This document shows positions 13,119 through 27,200 of a DNA stretch of 64,000 nucleotides, in pieces (positions within the stretch are counted from its first letter, which is position 1; every line of letters starts with the position of its first letter). Origin of the DNA: Catajapyx aquilonaris (taxonomy: Eukaryota); assembly GCA_000934665.2 (NCBI GenBank), contig KZ538304.1, forward strand, positions 1-64,000. The letters run 5' to 3'. The notes under the pieces were generated by a model. It searched no databases. It was not told where the DNA came from and worked only from the letters and a program-made list of their open reading frames with translations. The position numbers and the translations under genes are program-made.

Positions 13119-15907
13119 AATTCGGCTTGTGATGTATGGCATAAAAAGTTACCATTACACCTAACAATGTTTGTTTGTTTGTTCGTTTAAATGTGGTTTC
13201 TCTCCGGAGATCATTTAACTAAAGCGATTTCCGTCCGGAGTTAATGTGACTGAAGCAGCTTCGTTTCGGCTAGATGAATGTCAGTTAAATGGGCCAATAG
13301 ACCGTGAATTCGTGAATTATTACGTGCCCATTTGATCCATCGTATTGAACTAGCCATCTAGCGGGATGGAACTCAAACCGGCTGAACACGAAGCGTGAAC
13401 CGAGCGCCATCTGCCGACTCGAATCGCAACCAAACATTCGCTCAAGCCCGTCTGCCATCTACCGGCATAATTAGCCAGGCACCAAATACGAAAAAAAATG
13501 GTCTCCAAAAAATACAGCATGGCAACAACAACTCACTGCCATGCTCCTAAATGCGTGTGTGTGTGAACCGACCCTTTTCTAGGCAGCATAAAGTGAGCAG
13601 AGGGGGATGTCACACTAATGGAGAAATACTGTGAAGGCCCACCCCCTTTATACAGAAGAGGAGGAGGAGGATGGGGGAGACCAGCCATCTTCATCAACAT
13701 CATTCCAGCACAATTCAAGAAGTGACCGCACGTTGCCAGAATATGCTCGGGACATGAATTGAAGCTTATGCAAAGTAGGGTCCCCCTCCCTCATCTCCCA
13801 CCTTTTTGTGCATCATCTATTCAAGCTTCTCCCTCTTCCCTTTCCCTCCCCTCAAATTGATCCTCTCGTTCCTTCCGGGAAAGGGGGAAGGGGAAGGAGA
13901 TGGGGGGAAAAAAGGAGAAGGAGGAGGAGGAGGAAGCTGGGAGTTGTTGAAGATCGAGGAGTTGCTGCGCCCACATTTTCCTCTCTCGTATTTTTTTTTC
14001 TTCTTCTTCTGGAGACTAGGATTTTCGAGCGCTTTACTTTCTACCCACCAAGACCTCTAGGGCACGGCGATTGAGATAGCGATATCCCCCCCTTCCCAAA
14101 TCCTTAGAATCACTTTGGGAGTGGCTACAGGCGCTGGGTTACCATTCACGCTCTGTTCACCAGTCTTTATGGGCTGCCGACGACTACAAATCACGTAACA
14201 AGTTGCCTGTCACTAACTTCACAAGTTAGGTTAGGTTACATCAGGTTAGGCATGTCTCGCCTTCGTTAAAGTGTGTTCCAACCTTCGACAGGTATCGCGA
14301 GTGAACCTAGCTGTCATTATTGAACTGGGAAAGTGATAACGACATGCACCTATGCGATGAGTCATCGTGTATAACCTCCTGAGACCCCTGGTACAGTATA
14401 CTGTACCTTTGTTTTTTCCAGCACCTTCTGACTAACTCAAACGCGTAAAAACAAACAAAGGTGATTGAAAGGTTTAGTAGGGGTCTCAGGAGGTTATAGA
14501 CCGAGTCACGCCTATCAAATTCTATGTGTGATTTATGTAAGTGATGGACTCCTAAAAATGAGCGATTGGCTCGATTTCCACTATCGATGAATTCTCGCAC
14601 TACTAACCGGGGGGTGATAAGTGACCGCGAAGATGAATGGCCGGCTTGTAAGCGAAAAGAATATCCCTGAGCTGATAGGCGCAGCCCCCTGCTGTTCTCC
14701 GGCGCATGTCGGGGTACACACACCAGCGATGAAATAAAGTCATCCGGTAGGGCGATAAGACGACGTCCGGCTGGTATATTCATGAGTTAGCAAAAGCTTG
14801 GAAGGAGATAGATCTAACCTAGGATAACCAACGCCGCGCTTCTTTTGCTGCTGCACACGCTTCGAGAATCAAGTCACGCACACGACATGGCGATTCTCAG
14901 CAGCAGATAGCCGTTTAGCAAGTAGCACATCCAGCACGTGACCACATGCCCCTAACTTTCTGTCGTCGACAGTACACCCTGTCGGAAGCAGCATCACCCT
15001 CCCCTATAATCACAAATGTCTATAGAGTCAGGAGGGGATGGTAGAAAGGCAATCATCATCCACGACCCAACGGGCTAATCAACTCCTATCGAACCGCCCT
15101 TCCCGCCCACTCGATCGGGGGATAATCACGTCGCATCACTTTATTATGCCGCATCCCGAAGAAGACGCCGATGAGTCACCCAAATGCCAAGATATCCTTT
15201 AGGGACAGATTTATATTCATTTGCTGCTGCCTACCCAGCAGGAGACTGTGCTCTGCTGCGGGGTCGACTTTAATTATCGATAGTCTGTCAGGGGCCATGG
15301 CTCCCATAGTCATGCTGTGTGCCCTGCAGGAGGTTCGGCCCGCAAAGTAGCCAACTATAACAGGGCCCAAAGTCGCATAACACTTTGGAACAAAAAGCTA
15401 ATCAAGCCTCGCAAAGTAGCCTATACTTCTCAGTGAATTAACATTCACACCTGTCTCGAATAATGCCAGGTTGTTTCCCCCATTAAAGTTGGGGACATCT
15501 CCATAAATCCGCGCAAATCTCCATATACCCACAATAAATCCTCAGCAAATCATCGAGTCACATATAAAATGCAAAGTTTGTTTTTCCCCACTTCGCATCC
15601 GTTCCCATGGCAAAGGGGTTACCATGGCAGTGCGAAGAACAGGCTCCTCTGCTATAGTCATCCATAAATCCACACGAATCTTTCGCAAATCCACATTCTA
15701 CTCGACAGATCCTCCTGGAATAATTCGTAATTCCATCAAATCCCTCCTTAAATCTTCAATAAATCTTTCTACCCACAGAAAATCCTGTCACAAATCCTTT
15801 GTACAAATCATTCGTAAATCCACACAAATCGTGTCATTAATCCCAACAAATCCGCCGTAGTCTGCACGACTATAGACAAATCTGCAACATAGTACATGCG
15901 GACTGAC

Positions 15908-15946
15908 CTTGGTGTCGGCGCCTGGCTGGAGGCATCGGGTGGTGCC

Positions 15947-15978
<32 letters not shown>

Positions 15979-16139
15979 GTTGGTTGTTGCTGTTGGACTA
16001 TGAATCCTCCTCCTTCCTCCTCCTCTTCCTCGGGCAGCGGAGGCGGGGGACTCATCTCGCAGCCCCATCTCCTTCGAAACACTTTTCCCCCACCGTCCAC
16101 TCGGACTCGAGGGACGTCCGTCAGGAGAGATTCACCGCT
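15908..16139 (-). CDS. Candidate alternative 5' exon with poly-P/E/Q/N tracts (MSPPPPLPEEEEEEGGGFIVQQQQPTNNNNNNNNNNGHHP...)
   Basis: Acceptor tttctcag ends before 16139; in-frame ATG at 16055; phase-1 donor CAAG|gtcagt at 15908; the homopolymer tracts are in frame. Confidence 0.6.
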
Positions 16140-16606
16140 CTGAGAAATCAAAACCGGGGCAACAATAAGCCGATTGTTGTAGGGACAGAGTTGAAATAAG
16201 ACATCAAGGAAATGTTGACGTCACTTGCAACCTTGATGCATCAAAATCCCGTTAATTAATATTTGGGGGGGGGGGGGATTATTTTCCTCCAATCCCNCCC
16301 CCCCCAAAAAAAAAGAGCGCAGTATATATAGAGGGGGGCAACAAAGGGTCCCGCTAATTATTTTCCCCCAAAATCCGAGCGACAACGGATTAATCAACCG
16401 CGGTTAGGCGCACAAATTGCCTCGTTGAAAGGTGTTGGCTACACTGCTGGACACCATCTGCCCCTTCCACGCCACATTTAGCAGCTAGTGTGAGCAGAGC
16501 TAAACGAATCGGCATCACGCTTCGACAAACAATAAACAACAACAATGGGGGATCCAACATTGTTAAATATAAGTTATACATATCAATCCCATGTTTTAAC
16601 ACCTAC

Positions 16607-16648
16607 CTTTCTCAGGGCCCTGGGTCTGGTGGGCGTTCCCGGGAATAT
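16607..16648 (-). other. Candidate 42-nt exon feeding the 15908-16139 exon (coding IFPGTPTRPRALRK, or UTR)
   Basis: Acceptor ttcttcccgactgcag and donor AAG|gtaggt; phase 0-0, compatible with the 16139 acceptor. Confidence 0.4.
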
Positions 16649-16902
16649 CTGCAGTCGGGAAGAACAGAGATGAAAAAAGAGTTGGTTAGTTCGCATCTAA
16701 CTTGTTATGGTAGTAAGAGCAACTTTGTACACTAGCAGTTACTTTAGGTAGCTCTTAACAACCGGTTAATTCCTGGACAAACATTATGGAAAAAAGCAGT
16801 GGGACGCATGCGCATACTCGGCCAATCAGGTGGCAGGGGAGCCAGGCCCGACCAATCGGATGGAAGCAGGAGTGCGACGCATACTCGGCCAATCAGGAAG
16901 TA

Positions 16903-17022
16903 CACTCTAAGAAATGTCCGGGTTAAATAACCATGACTAAGAAATGTCCGGGTTAAATAACCATGACAAAAGTGATCTTTTTTTCGGGATAAATACATTT
17001 AACCCGGACATTTCTTAGAGTG
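16903..17022. mobile_element. Small TA-flanked MITE with an internal 30-bp tandem duplication
   Basis: TA|cactctaagaaatgtccgggttaaat ... atttaacccggacatttcttagagtg|TA. Confidence 0.85.
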
Positions 17023-20000
17023 TAGGATGGAAGGTGGATATGTACAGACACGAATCACGATAAGTCTAGCGCTGAAGGCATGAATTAGCGTCGAAAATAC
17101 GTGAGAAAATCAGTTCTTCCAATAATATCAATTTAATTTTTTTAAAAATTAAACAATTAAATAAAAATATCACACCCGAGCAACGTCTGCAGTTTTCTTT
17201 AAATATTTAAAGAGCTGTGGGAACATGGACCAGCCCAGGAAGCACATAAAGCGGTCCTCACATTTGAACAAGTTGGGACAATCCGTGCCCCCGGTTCCCA
17301 AAATTCAATTTTCGGTTCGAAAGCAGGTGGGCCAACTGAACCGGATTCTGCATGACGGCCCTGCTGCTAACAGATTCTATTGTAGGTATATAGAACCAGG
17401 ACAGAGAGAGAGAGAAAACTATACGACGACGTAAAATTTTCACAAGCCCTCGTTTTATCTCTCCCTGGGCTGCAAAAACCTAGGGCAAAGTCGCCCGAGT
17501 CAATAAAGCGCAGCTGTAAAGTTGCAAGCGAAAACTGCGAATGGAGCCCTATTGCACTACCTGAAAATTCCTGGCGGCACGACACACGCAACTCCAAAAT
17601 TGCGACACGAAAATGTAGCAACTCACGAACCTCTGTACATTCAATTTCCAGAAGAAAATAATCCCTCCAGCACCTAACCCTAATCAGCTTCTTCTCCCTG
17701 TCTACAAGTTTGTCCGTGTTGACTCATCACCAACGTGCAGGTATAATTTTCCCCCAAAGCACGGCAGTAGTGTGCAGAGAGGGAGAATGCGCCATCTATG
17801 AGCAAATTAAGGTACTTCGTGCAAAGTCTGAGGCCCCGGACACTAGTTAACACATTAAATAGGCAGTTTAATCACGAGTGACATGACCTTTCGTCACACG
17901 TAATGGAAGAGGACTAATGTTGCAAGAGCTGACCCCCACAACCTGACTTACGACACGCGCGTCGTGCACAAACAGCTCTCAGCACTTTACCAAACAAAAA
18001 AAAAGAAGTGTGGACCACACCCATCAGAGAGCAATAACGCTAATCTCTTTCTCTGCAGGGGTGGGCACGTGAGCGATGACCCAGAACCGGGTCAATGTCA
18101 AACCCAGAATTGGGTCACCAGACAACACCATTAGTGCTGGACAAAAGGTTATGCCAACCAATATATATTTACAACAAACATGAAATTTTTGGGGAGAAAT
18201 TCACAGCTGCCCAAACACGTGCAACATGCAAGGCAATCAATTCAGTTCATCTGCGAATTGCAACTTTCGCTTATAATTTTTCAAAATAAATAGTGCCGTG
18301 TATATCTAAGAGTCGTGCAGTGAAAGCAGAAGTCAGATAGAGAAAAATGGAAAGCAACAGGAAGTCATCCGGGCAACACCCTTTTTTTCTCGGATAGAAA
18401 AATGACCTGTTGATTGGGTGGGGCTGAGGGTAGGTCACTACCTCTCTTTTTTTTAAATATAATTTATTTTTTTGCGAATAAAACTCACGGCCAGATCTTC
18501 GCTCCTGTAGCATGTGAAGGTCTGTTCCTCTTGATGCAACACGCAGAAGAAAGGCTCCCAGGTGACCAACGGCACTTTTTCTCCTGGTCCATGAGGTCGA
18601 CCCCGTTGACCCACGCCCAGGTCACACTCTGAAAATAATAAAACAATTCAGAAATATTGACACACCCCTCGTATATACATAAACGGTTGTGAAAATTCGC
18701 GAAACACGCAACATGAGGTGTAATCAACTTTACGCGGAAGCAATTTTCCGTGTTGTCACGTGATAGTGGGCCAAGAAATAATTTAAAGTCCAGCAGGTGA
18801 AACCAGGTCGAGAGTACAACAATATTGTAAGGCTATTTCCCTTGCAATCCATCATCGGATGACTCACAACTACAAGGTGACTTCTGGTGACTCACACTGT
18901 CATAAATTAGAGTCCTACTCACCAAATGATAGGGCGTATTGCAAAAAAAAATCGCGAAATAAAAATTTGCATGTAGCCTACTGTTACAAAAAATAGTACT
19001 ATTTCCTCTTGATTGTCGCGAAATTCTGCCAAATTTTGACCGCCAAACCCCCACATGGCTGTCTGGATCCGCCTTCTAAAAATATTTCAATCGGGCAGGT
19101 TTGTTGGAGCAAATTCCTCCCTCGGCAAGGGGGGGTTTCTGTGCATAAATTTTCTGCCCCCCCTCCTCTTCCCCCTTTTTGGAAAATAGGATCGATATGG
19201 ACGGCCTTCCATTCACATGCAAAAGGTCCCCCACTTGTAGGAAGACAGGGCGAGGGGGACGGGGGAACTAGAGATATAAAAAAAATTGGGAAGTGCTCAA
19301 CAATGAACAGCCCACACGCAAACACGTGCCAGGCCCTTGAACCGGACTGAAGGAATTGTCCGCGGTGAGTCATCAGTGCCATCTATGTGAGCGACGGTAC
19401 TACGTTACAGTGTTGCAAAATTGGCAGGTTTACATGACAGCCATGTGGCACAAGATGGGTTATGCCAAAATTTATATGGAAAAGCAAGTGTGAAGTCTGA
19501 ACGTTGCAAAATCAATAGAGCGACCTATGGGGGGGAGGGGTGGGAAATAGGGGGAGTGTAGGATTACGTTTTTAGTAGGTCCCCATGTAACATTGGATGC
19601 CATTATGGTTGAATGATACGGGCAGAGGAACGTGGCATTGCCAGACGTTGAATCGAATACAAAGTTGTCGTGGAGGGGTGAATGATTCGTCATACTTTCA
19701 GAGTGATGTCATCCACTCGATTTTTTCCCCTTATGAATGACACACTTGTTCCGAAGCATTCGATGAGGAAAAAATAGTCATACATCGCAAACTATGCTGT
19801 AATACAACATTTTTTTCAAAGTGCATGCAAGTTTATTTATATCCATGGAGCAAACTCTTGAAGTCATCAAGAGAAGTGCGGTACGAGCCCCAAAAGTACA
19901 GTGCGTCATTCATTCTGCAAGACAGCACTTGGAGCAAGAAAAGTGATTGGTTCTACGCCCTCAAAACCGTTAGGCAGACAGAATATGTTAGGGGGTGTAC

Positions 20001-20718
20001 TTAGAGAGGTCAATACAATTCCTATTTTCGCTCAGGCGACCCACTTTGGTTGGGTTGAATCATACACGTCACTCAATGTCACTGTATATATACAGAATGA
20101 TTGTTCATTCCAAAAAAATTTTTGAAAATAAGCAGCACACTCGCTAATCAGTGGATCGCGCAATAATTAAGGCTGCTGGATCCGGGTCTGCAGAAGCGGA
20201 GTCTGCATGTCTGGAAGTATAGAACAATGCTCCCAGGTGCATTTGCAAGTCTATTTCGGCGGAAAGGACCTTGACCACCTTTTCATCCCTGCCACGCAGC
20301 TGCTGGACCAGGACTTTTTTTCCAGGAACTTCGTGTGTAGTACCCCCCCAACTCAATTACAAAGTAACGATGCTGCCTCAACATCACGGCGCTCAAACTG
20401 CCCGAAAAGTAACTTGTAGTCAAATCGAGTTCCACTGCGATTTTTTAAAAACACATGTCAGTGCCTATGATTCTCAAACGAAGTTAACAACCTTCACTGT
20501 AACAGCAATTTGATCTCATTAGCGATATGCACTGTGTTTGGTCATTTTTCTGCGTGATTAATTGCGCTCGAACACAACTCGACACTTGATGACTCAGCCC
20601 AAACACCCATAACCTTCAGGCACACAAAAATAACTACCTAAATCAATATTTGAGGCTGCAAATGTCACACCCTATACTGTCATACTCAGGAAGTGCAGCA
20701 CAATTAGAAAAAATTCAA

Positions 20719-20971
20719 CTAGAAAACCCCTGTTTTTAATAGGCCTGCGACATTACGGCGAAGGCCATTTTTTAAATCGCTTCGTCGTGGGGGGAGCGAA
20801 GTAGACCTTCCGGCTGTCAGCGAACGAATAGTTCCTACTCCCACCCACCAGAGGCGCTGTCTCCAGCCATTGCGCATGCGTAGAACTCGGGCTAATCGGT
20901 AACAATATGCGGCGGACCAATCAGAATGCTTATGTACACACCAACTAGTACTATTTTAATAATATTATAGA
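20719..20971 (-). mobile_element. Diverged non-autonomous Helitron-like element
   Basis: Minus strand starts TCTATAATATT and ends ttttCTAG|t. Shares ccattgcgcatg.gtagaac...ggtaacaatatgcggcggaccaatcaga with the copies at 43013 and 63775. Confidence 0.6.
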
Positions 20972-23900
20972 CATTTTAATTTTTTCAGTCCCGAATGATG
21001 TCATAGTTGCCATACGGTGACGTCATCTTTGGCGCCATTTTCAAACATGTTGATCTCATTTTCAACTCGAAGGAGAAGTACCAACTTTACTAATAGCTGT
21101 TTTTAGCGAGTTGGTACTTTCCTCTACAGAGCCGCACCTTATGGCGGGATGTCTCACTAGGTAGAAAGCAAGCTTACAGCATGTTTTATTACTCTCTCGG
21201 CTTGACAGCTTCCCCCCCTCCTGCCACACTCACAAAGAAAAGTTGGTCCAGATCTGAGTAAGTATAATCCTGCGCTTTAAGCCCAGTCCCGGTGCTTGAG
21301 GGCAGAAAATGGGGCCCCGAGGGCTCAACCGCAAGCTACTTTCAATTTGGCGACGAGGTTTACGAAGAAAACACACTAAAGCCCAAGCCCTCCCCACACA
21401 AACTCTGGATCAATATGGCGGGAAAACTGTTTGTGACATGAAGGTGTACCCTTGTTGTCTCCAAATGTCGCCCCCCCTACCTCAAGCTCCCAACTAGTAA
21501 GGCTTATATATCAAATATTCAAGAGACTAGATGTCATTTGATGTAACATCCCAGCGACACCACTCCCCACGAATTGGTCGGGGAAACAGAAATTAATCCG
21601 CGGATCCTTCAAACCTGATCCGAACCTTCGCAATATGTTGCTGGTTCCGCAAATAATTGGGCAGTAATTCGAGCTTCCCCTGGATGAAAAGCTCTCGGAA
21701 AAACAATCCCGCAAGAGCATTGATTAGCCTAGTTTCCTTGATTAACACTGTCATACTGCAGCCGATTTTTTTTTTTTGACAGAATCATGTAAAAACCGCC
21801 ATTTTTTCCCCTTCGAAAACTCTCAAAGAAAGTGAGTTTTGCCCCCACTTCTCTTTTTTTGTAAAAAAAAAAAGCCAATATTGCTCCTATTGATTGGAGA
21901 ACACTGAAGAATTTCCCACCCACGCGAGGGGAATCTAATACACAATCAAGAAATGGCGAGGTTGGAAACAACATGTTTCCAACAGACACTTCGGTTTCAT
22001 AGTGTAAAAACAATAAATTGTTGACCTTTCTTTATCAGCCGGAATGTGCGTTAACTTCACATATTTAATCACGCTTTGAAGCGAAAGTCGACGCCTCTTT
22101 TCCACCAAAAAAAACTTAAGAAAATAGCTGAGAACAAAGTCCGTTATCAGTCTGTGAATATCAAAAAGTAAATTCGGGAAGGTCTGGGTTAAAGCAAGCG
22201 TTTCCCTCCAAGCTACTATCATTTTTTATGCATCATCTGGGAGTGGAAATACGATAACAGGAAAGGAAAAAAAAAAAAAGGTCATGCGAGTTTCCACCAG
22301 TGTTACACAGACGCTTTCCTCTCACGAATCCTTTGTAATTTACATCCTTTCCATAAATAACATAATAATTCGCTTCTGCTGAAAACTGAGTTCATATATA
22401 CGTGTGATTCTCCGGATCCTGAAAATTGTTCCAGCGAATGCAACTGAACGGAAATTGGATTTTTATACGCGCTCAAAATGCGGATTACAGCTGTTCGATC
22501 CTCATGTGACAGGAGTGTGTGACAAGCATATGGGAGACAAAAAAAAATGTCATAGTTTGACGCAATTTGAGTGAATAATTATTTCTTGTGATTTGATTTT
22601 TAATGTTTGTTTTTTTGTATGAACCCCTCTAAAGAGGACTCAAACAGCAGCAATTACTCAGACTTTCCATCACAGTGCAAGGCTACCTTGAAAGTCGGAG
22701 CAAAATCCAAATGAAATCTCAACTTCGAAAAGGGACTGAATATCGACCAAAATCCTTCCCTGGCGAGAGCAGGCTATAGCTAGACGCTGTGCAAACAAAC
22801 CGTTGATCCGCCTCCCTTTTAATACAAGAAAAAGAAGAAGAAGAAGAAGAAGAAGAAGAAGAAGAGGCTTGATATCGCTCCAGCACAGGAGAGTCTTAGT
22901 CGTCCTCTTTGCTTATAATCAAACTCTTGTCATCGAGCTGACCTAATCGACTAATGGCTCCTACATATTAATGCATTGTTATCAGCCAAACACATTAATC
23001 GTCTCCTGGAACGATGGATTACACGTGACATGTAATCCATCGTTCCAGGCCTTTAAAAGGGTTAGAAAAAGTAGACTAGAGAGCAAACAACAATATATTG
23101 TGACTAAAATTTTGAAGTATACTTCCGAGACTTCTCAAGGCGTGACCTGCAACTTTTTTGCTTCAACTGTTAGCTCAGATACCGACCCATATCGGCCCCT
23201 ACTGTATACATTTGCCTCCCAAAACTTTCAGCAAGTCCTCATCAAACCAAATGAAATCGCGACCATAAAAGCGGCTTAATTTCGCAAGGGAACCTGCGAA
23301 TATAGTCGAGACCCGGCGATTTTGAAAGTTCCCAAGAAAACTTTTTTCCAGGCCAATCAATGCGAAGAAGAAGATGCAGCTGCATCCCTGAGAGAGCGAA
23401 CTCTCTTCATTAAACAAAATGAAGTGCAGATCCAAGTTCGGTTATTAAAATGGGGAGACATACAGGTCCTCTGGCAGCATCTACCTTCAATAATGCAGAA
23501 CCGCCTTTGGTCCAAATTTATTACTCATGATGTCGATGAAATCGCAGAAACTATACCCACATTATCACTGAGAGACAAACACAACATATTTAGTCCTATT
23601 TTTTCCCCCCGTATGGAAGGGCAGGATTTTTAAACAAATTCCTCTTGTAACAATCAGTGGTTACAAACAATCCGTCCGGAACCGAGATGTGCATGGAATA
23701 GTAACGTAGTTCGTTCACACTAACACGGTGAACCCCACAGGAGCATGTCTCGCATGCTAATTACTCTTCCTATATACCCACCACCACCACCACACCTTTT
23801 TCCGGCCGGAATTTCCTTTGTTGCTTTTATCATAAGGTCAATCCCATCTGGACTGTCCAGACAAGGAAAAAAAACCAGCAACAATGAGGTCCGGTCAGGT

Positions 23901-24280
23901 CTTGATGAATATATGAGGAAACGTGACGCGTTTTCCAGTTTTTTTTCAGTTTCGTAATGGACCGAACAGGTTGCTGTGTGGCCAAGGACACGTCCCAGTA
24001 TCGGACCCGGTAATCACTTGTAAAACCAACGGGAGTCATGACACACACGGTGGCCAAGACTTCAAAAGGTATGCAGGAAGAATCAGAATATTGTGAGCAA
24101 TAACTCCAGCACTGAAATGCAAGTAAAATTCACAACACACAAGACACCAAAAGTAATCCACGCTGGTAGGGTAGTAAAGTGATATATTTACTGTACAGAG
24201 AGTCTCATGGCAGTTGTGCAGCACACTTTTAGCATTTTAGTGCACCCTGTAAGCACAGACTATTGTTAGACCAAACTCAC

Positions 24281-27200
24281 CAAGTCTCCCGCATTGCTTA
24301 GCTCCATCCTCGCATGATTGTTGTTGGGATGTTGCAGGTCGCTTGTTCCTGACAAACTCAAACTCGCTTTCGGCGTCCGACCAAGAGTAAGCAGTGTCCG
24401 AACACTGAGAGTGGGACACGCTCATGTTGTCCGGTTCCGGTTCGCGACACAACCCGTTCAAAGGTTGGGCTTTCAAACCGTTTTTCACAGGTACACTGTA
24501 AGAAAAAAAAGTTCAATATTAGACGTTAGGACTACTAATAAATAACCGATAAAAATATAAGCCATAATGTCATTAAAGACAGGTTGCACCAACTCCAGGA
24601 AAAATATTCTGGCCGGAAAAAAGCCACAAAGGTAAATATTTCCGGTCACAAAGTTTGTTATACGTGTGCGGGTCAAACAATGAGTAACAAACATTTCTGC
24701 ATGAAACCGGTCTTTGCTCACGTTAAATCTTCGTCTCATTTCAAGGGCCCGGTTGCACCACCTCCAGAAAACCTTTTTTCGGCCGGAAAAATGCTGGAAA
24801 ATATATTTGTTTTCTCCAACAAACAAGGTCAAACAATGAGTTAAACATACTTTTCCGGCTCTTTTCCAGTCGAAATTTTTTCTGGAGAAGGTGCAACTTG
24901 TCGGGCTCACTAATTTTTGTGTCAGAAGCAATTTCCGGCCCGGAAAAGAGACAGGAAAAATAATTTTTTCTTGTATCTTTTCCGGCCGAAAATTGTTCTA
25001 CCCTCTCTGTTGACTAACATTTCTGGCACTTTTCCGGCCGGAAAATTTTACCTGCAGTTGGTGCAACATGTTATATCATTAGGGTCCGGTTGCACCGCCT
25101 CCAGGAAACATTTTCCGACCGGAAAACAGCCAAAAAAGTTATTAGCTATCGTCAACAGATAGGATCTAACAATGAATGACTAACTTTTCCGGCCGGAAAT
25201 ATTTTCCTGGGGTTGGTGCAACCGGTCCTGCAGGCGTTAATTTTCGTGGCATTTCCCGTACCTTATGTGAGTGTCGATGCTATCTGTGGGCATCGACGAT
25301 GGAGGCGGAGGAAGGAAGAGCTTGAGCAATGGGTGTCGGTGAACTTTGCTCTTCCTTCGCCTCCGTCGCAGGCTCCCGTCGTCCTCTTGCACTTCGTCAC
25401 TGTCACTCCGAGGTTCGAACATGGCCAGGTCGATGCTATCAAAGTCCGAGTCGGTCTCGGATAACGACTCCACACCTTCACTCACTTCCACAGCACTAGA
25501 TTCCTGCACTTCACCCACAGATATCACGTCACTGCACTCACAGTACGCACTCGCTTCCTCGAAACTCAACACCGACTGATCCTCTGCCTTACAAGAATCT
25601 GCAAACAAAAAAAAATTACATAGGAATCACTTACAAAGTTAGCAATGTGCTATTTATTCCAGTTGCATCATGAAGTCCTTGAATTCCGATCTCAAGGAAA
25701 AGTATTTTCCCACCGCGTGAATCATAATTACACATATCTGCAACCGGAGACATAGCATGACCTCAGCCATTTTGCTTTTAACCTATCCAAACAAAAATTT
25801 CGTCCGTTACGTAACAAATTTCACATGGTCATACTGTATTATTTGCGAACATTTTTTTCCCCATCGTATTAACTGTAAAACTTTTCTGTCGATCAAAACC
25901 TACCATTGTCTGTTCCCACAAGGTAGCAACACCGGCGGTGGTTTTCGGTGGGATCGGTCTGATCCAGGGTAATCTCCATCCTAAGTGGGTCTCGGTCTGG
26001 CCCAGATTGAGATCCGTTACCTCTTCGGCAAGACGACGCCTTTTCTTCTGGCCTCTTGGCGCCTAAACCTTCCAGAAGACCATAGGGGGTCCGCTTATTC
26101 CTTTCACTACAGCCCCTGTATAAAGAAGCAACAAAATCATTTAATTACCACCTTGAAAAAGAGTACTCTTTTTCATATTACTGTTCAAACTAGTGACATT
26201 TTCATGGAAGAACGAGCCGAATTTTCCGGCACATTACTCGGCTTTGACCTTTGGACACAACAAAAGAGACTGACCTTCCCATCAGGGCGTCCAACTTTCC
26301 GGCTTGTTCCTCCGCCTCTTTCCATGCCTGGTTGTAACAGCAACAGCAACAATCCTTGTTCCAGCATCCAGCATCAGAAGCCCTGCAACATGAATGCCAA
26401 AACCTTTAGTAACCTCCCACCCCCAAAAAAGAGATACGGTACGGGGTATTGCTCCTAGTTTAGTCGACATGCATGGATGAAGCAAACGACGACACGAACT
26501 CCCCGGTGTGAAATATCAAACTCCCCACCAACCCCCGTATCAAAGGGAAATCTCAGATGCGTATCCAACCATGCTCTATTAGTTTGGCCACAACCTCCCC
26601 AAAAAATTAGACGAAAGATGTCGGGAAGGAAATCGGTAGATGGCGCACGCTGCTGGCACGACATGACCCCCCTGGTGGACTTTGTCCGCGTGGTGACTCA
26701 TCACCAACGTGCAGAATATACAGAAAATTGTGTACCTGCTCCAATGATGATGACCAGTGTCCATCATTGAGGCTTCGGCTCCAAGCTCCAGCTCTTCGTC
26801 GTCGCAGTGACCACTGTCCATGTCGAGGTCACGAGAAGGTCGTCGGTACAACAGAAGAGAGTCAGAGCGATTGCTCCAGGATCGACACAACTTGGTACTA
26901 CTGCTCTTGTTTCCTCCAACCTGGCAACAACAACAGAAGAAAAAGAAGTTCGCAGATTTTTTTAAACATGCTCTACCTCGCCTCGACTAACTTTCATGTG
27001 CAGAAAAATGTTTTTAGCGAGTGGGTCTTACCGGAAAAATAGAGCGAGTGTGCCATGGCAGCATGCTAATTTCCGTGTTGGCAGAGAAAGTGAAAATTTT
27101 AGAGTCCGTTGGCCAAATGAGTGACAAGTTGCTGGCCCGAAATTTGGCGGTAGAGAGACACGTGCGAACAGCTCCTGTTGCTAATTTGTCCTGCCCTTAA

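Noticed and set aside
13539..13718. MAGLPHPPPPLL... ORF ending at a gtgagt donor
   Set aside because: Phase-2 donor is incompatible with the shared exon and no partner acceptor was identified.
25635..25737. Possible extra exon (ttgcag ... gtaagt) in the 24-28 kb branch
   Set aside because: Would leave a 36-nt intron and break the phase.
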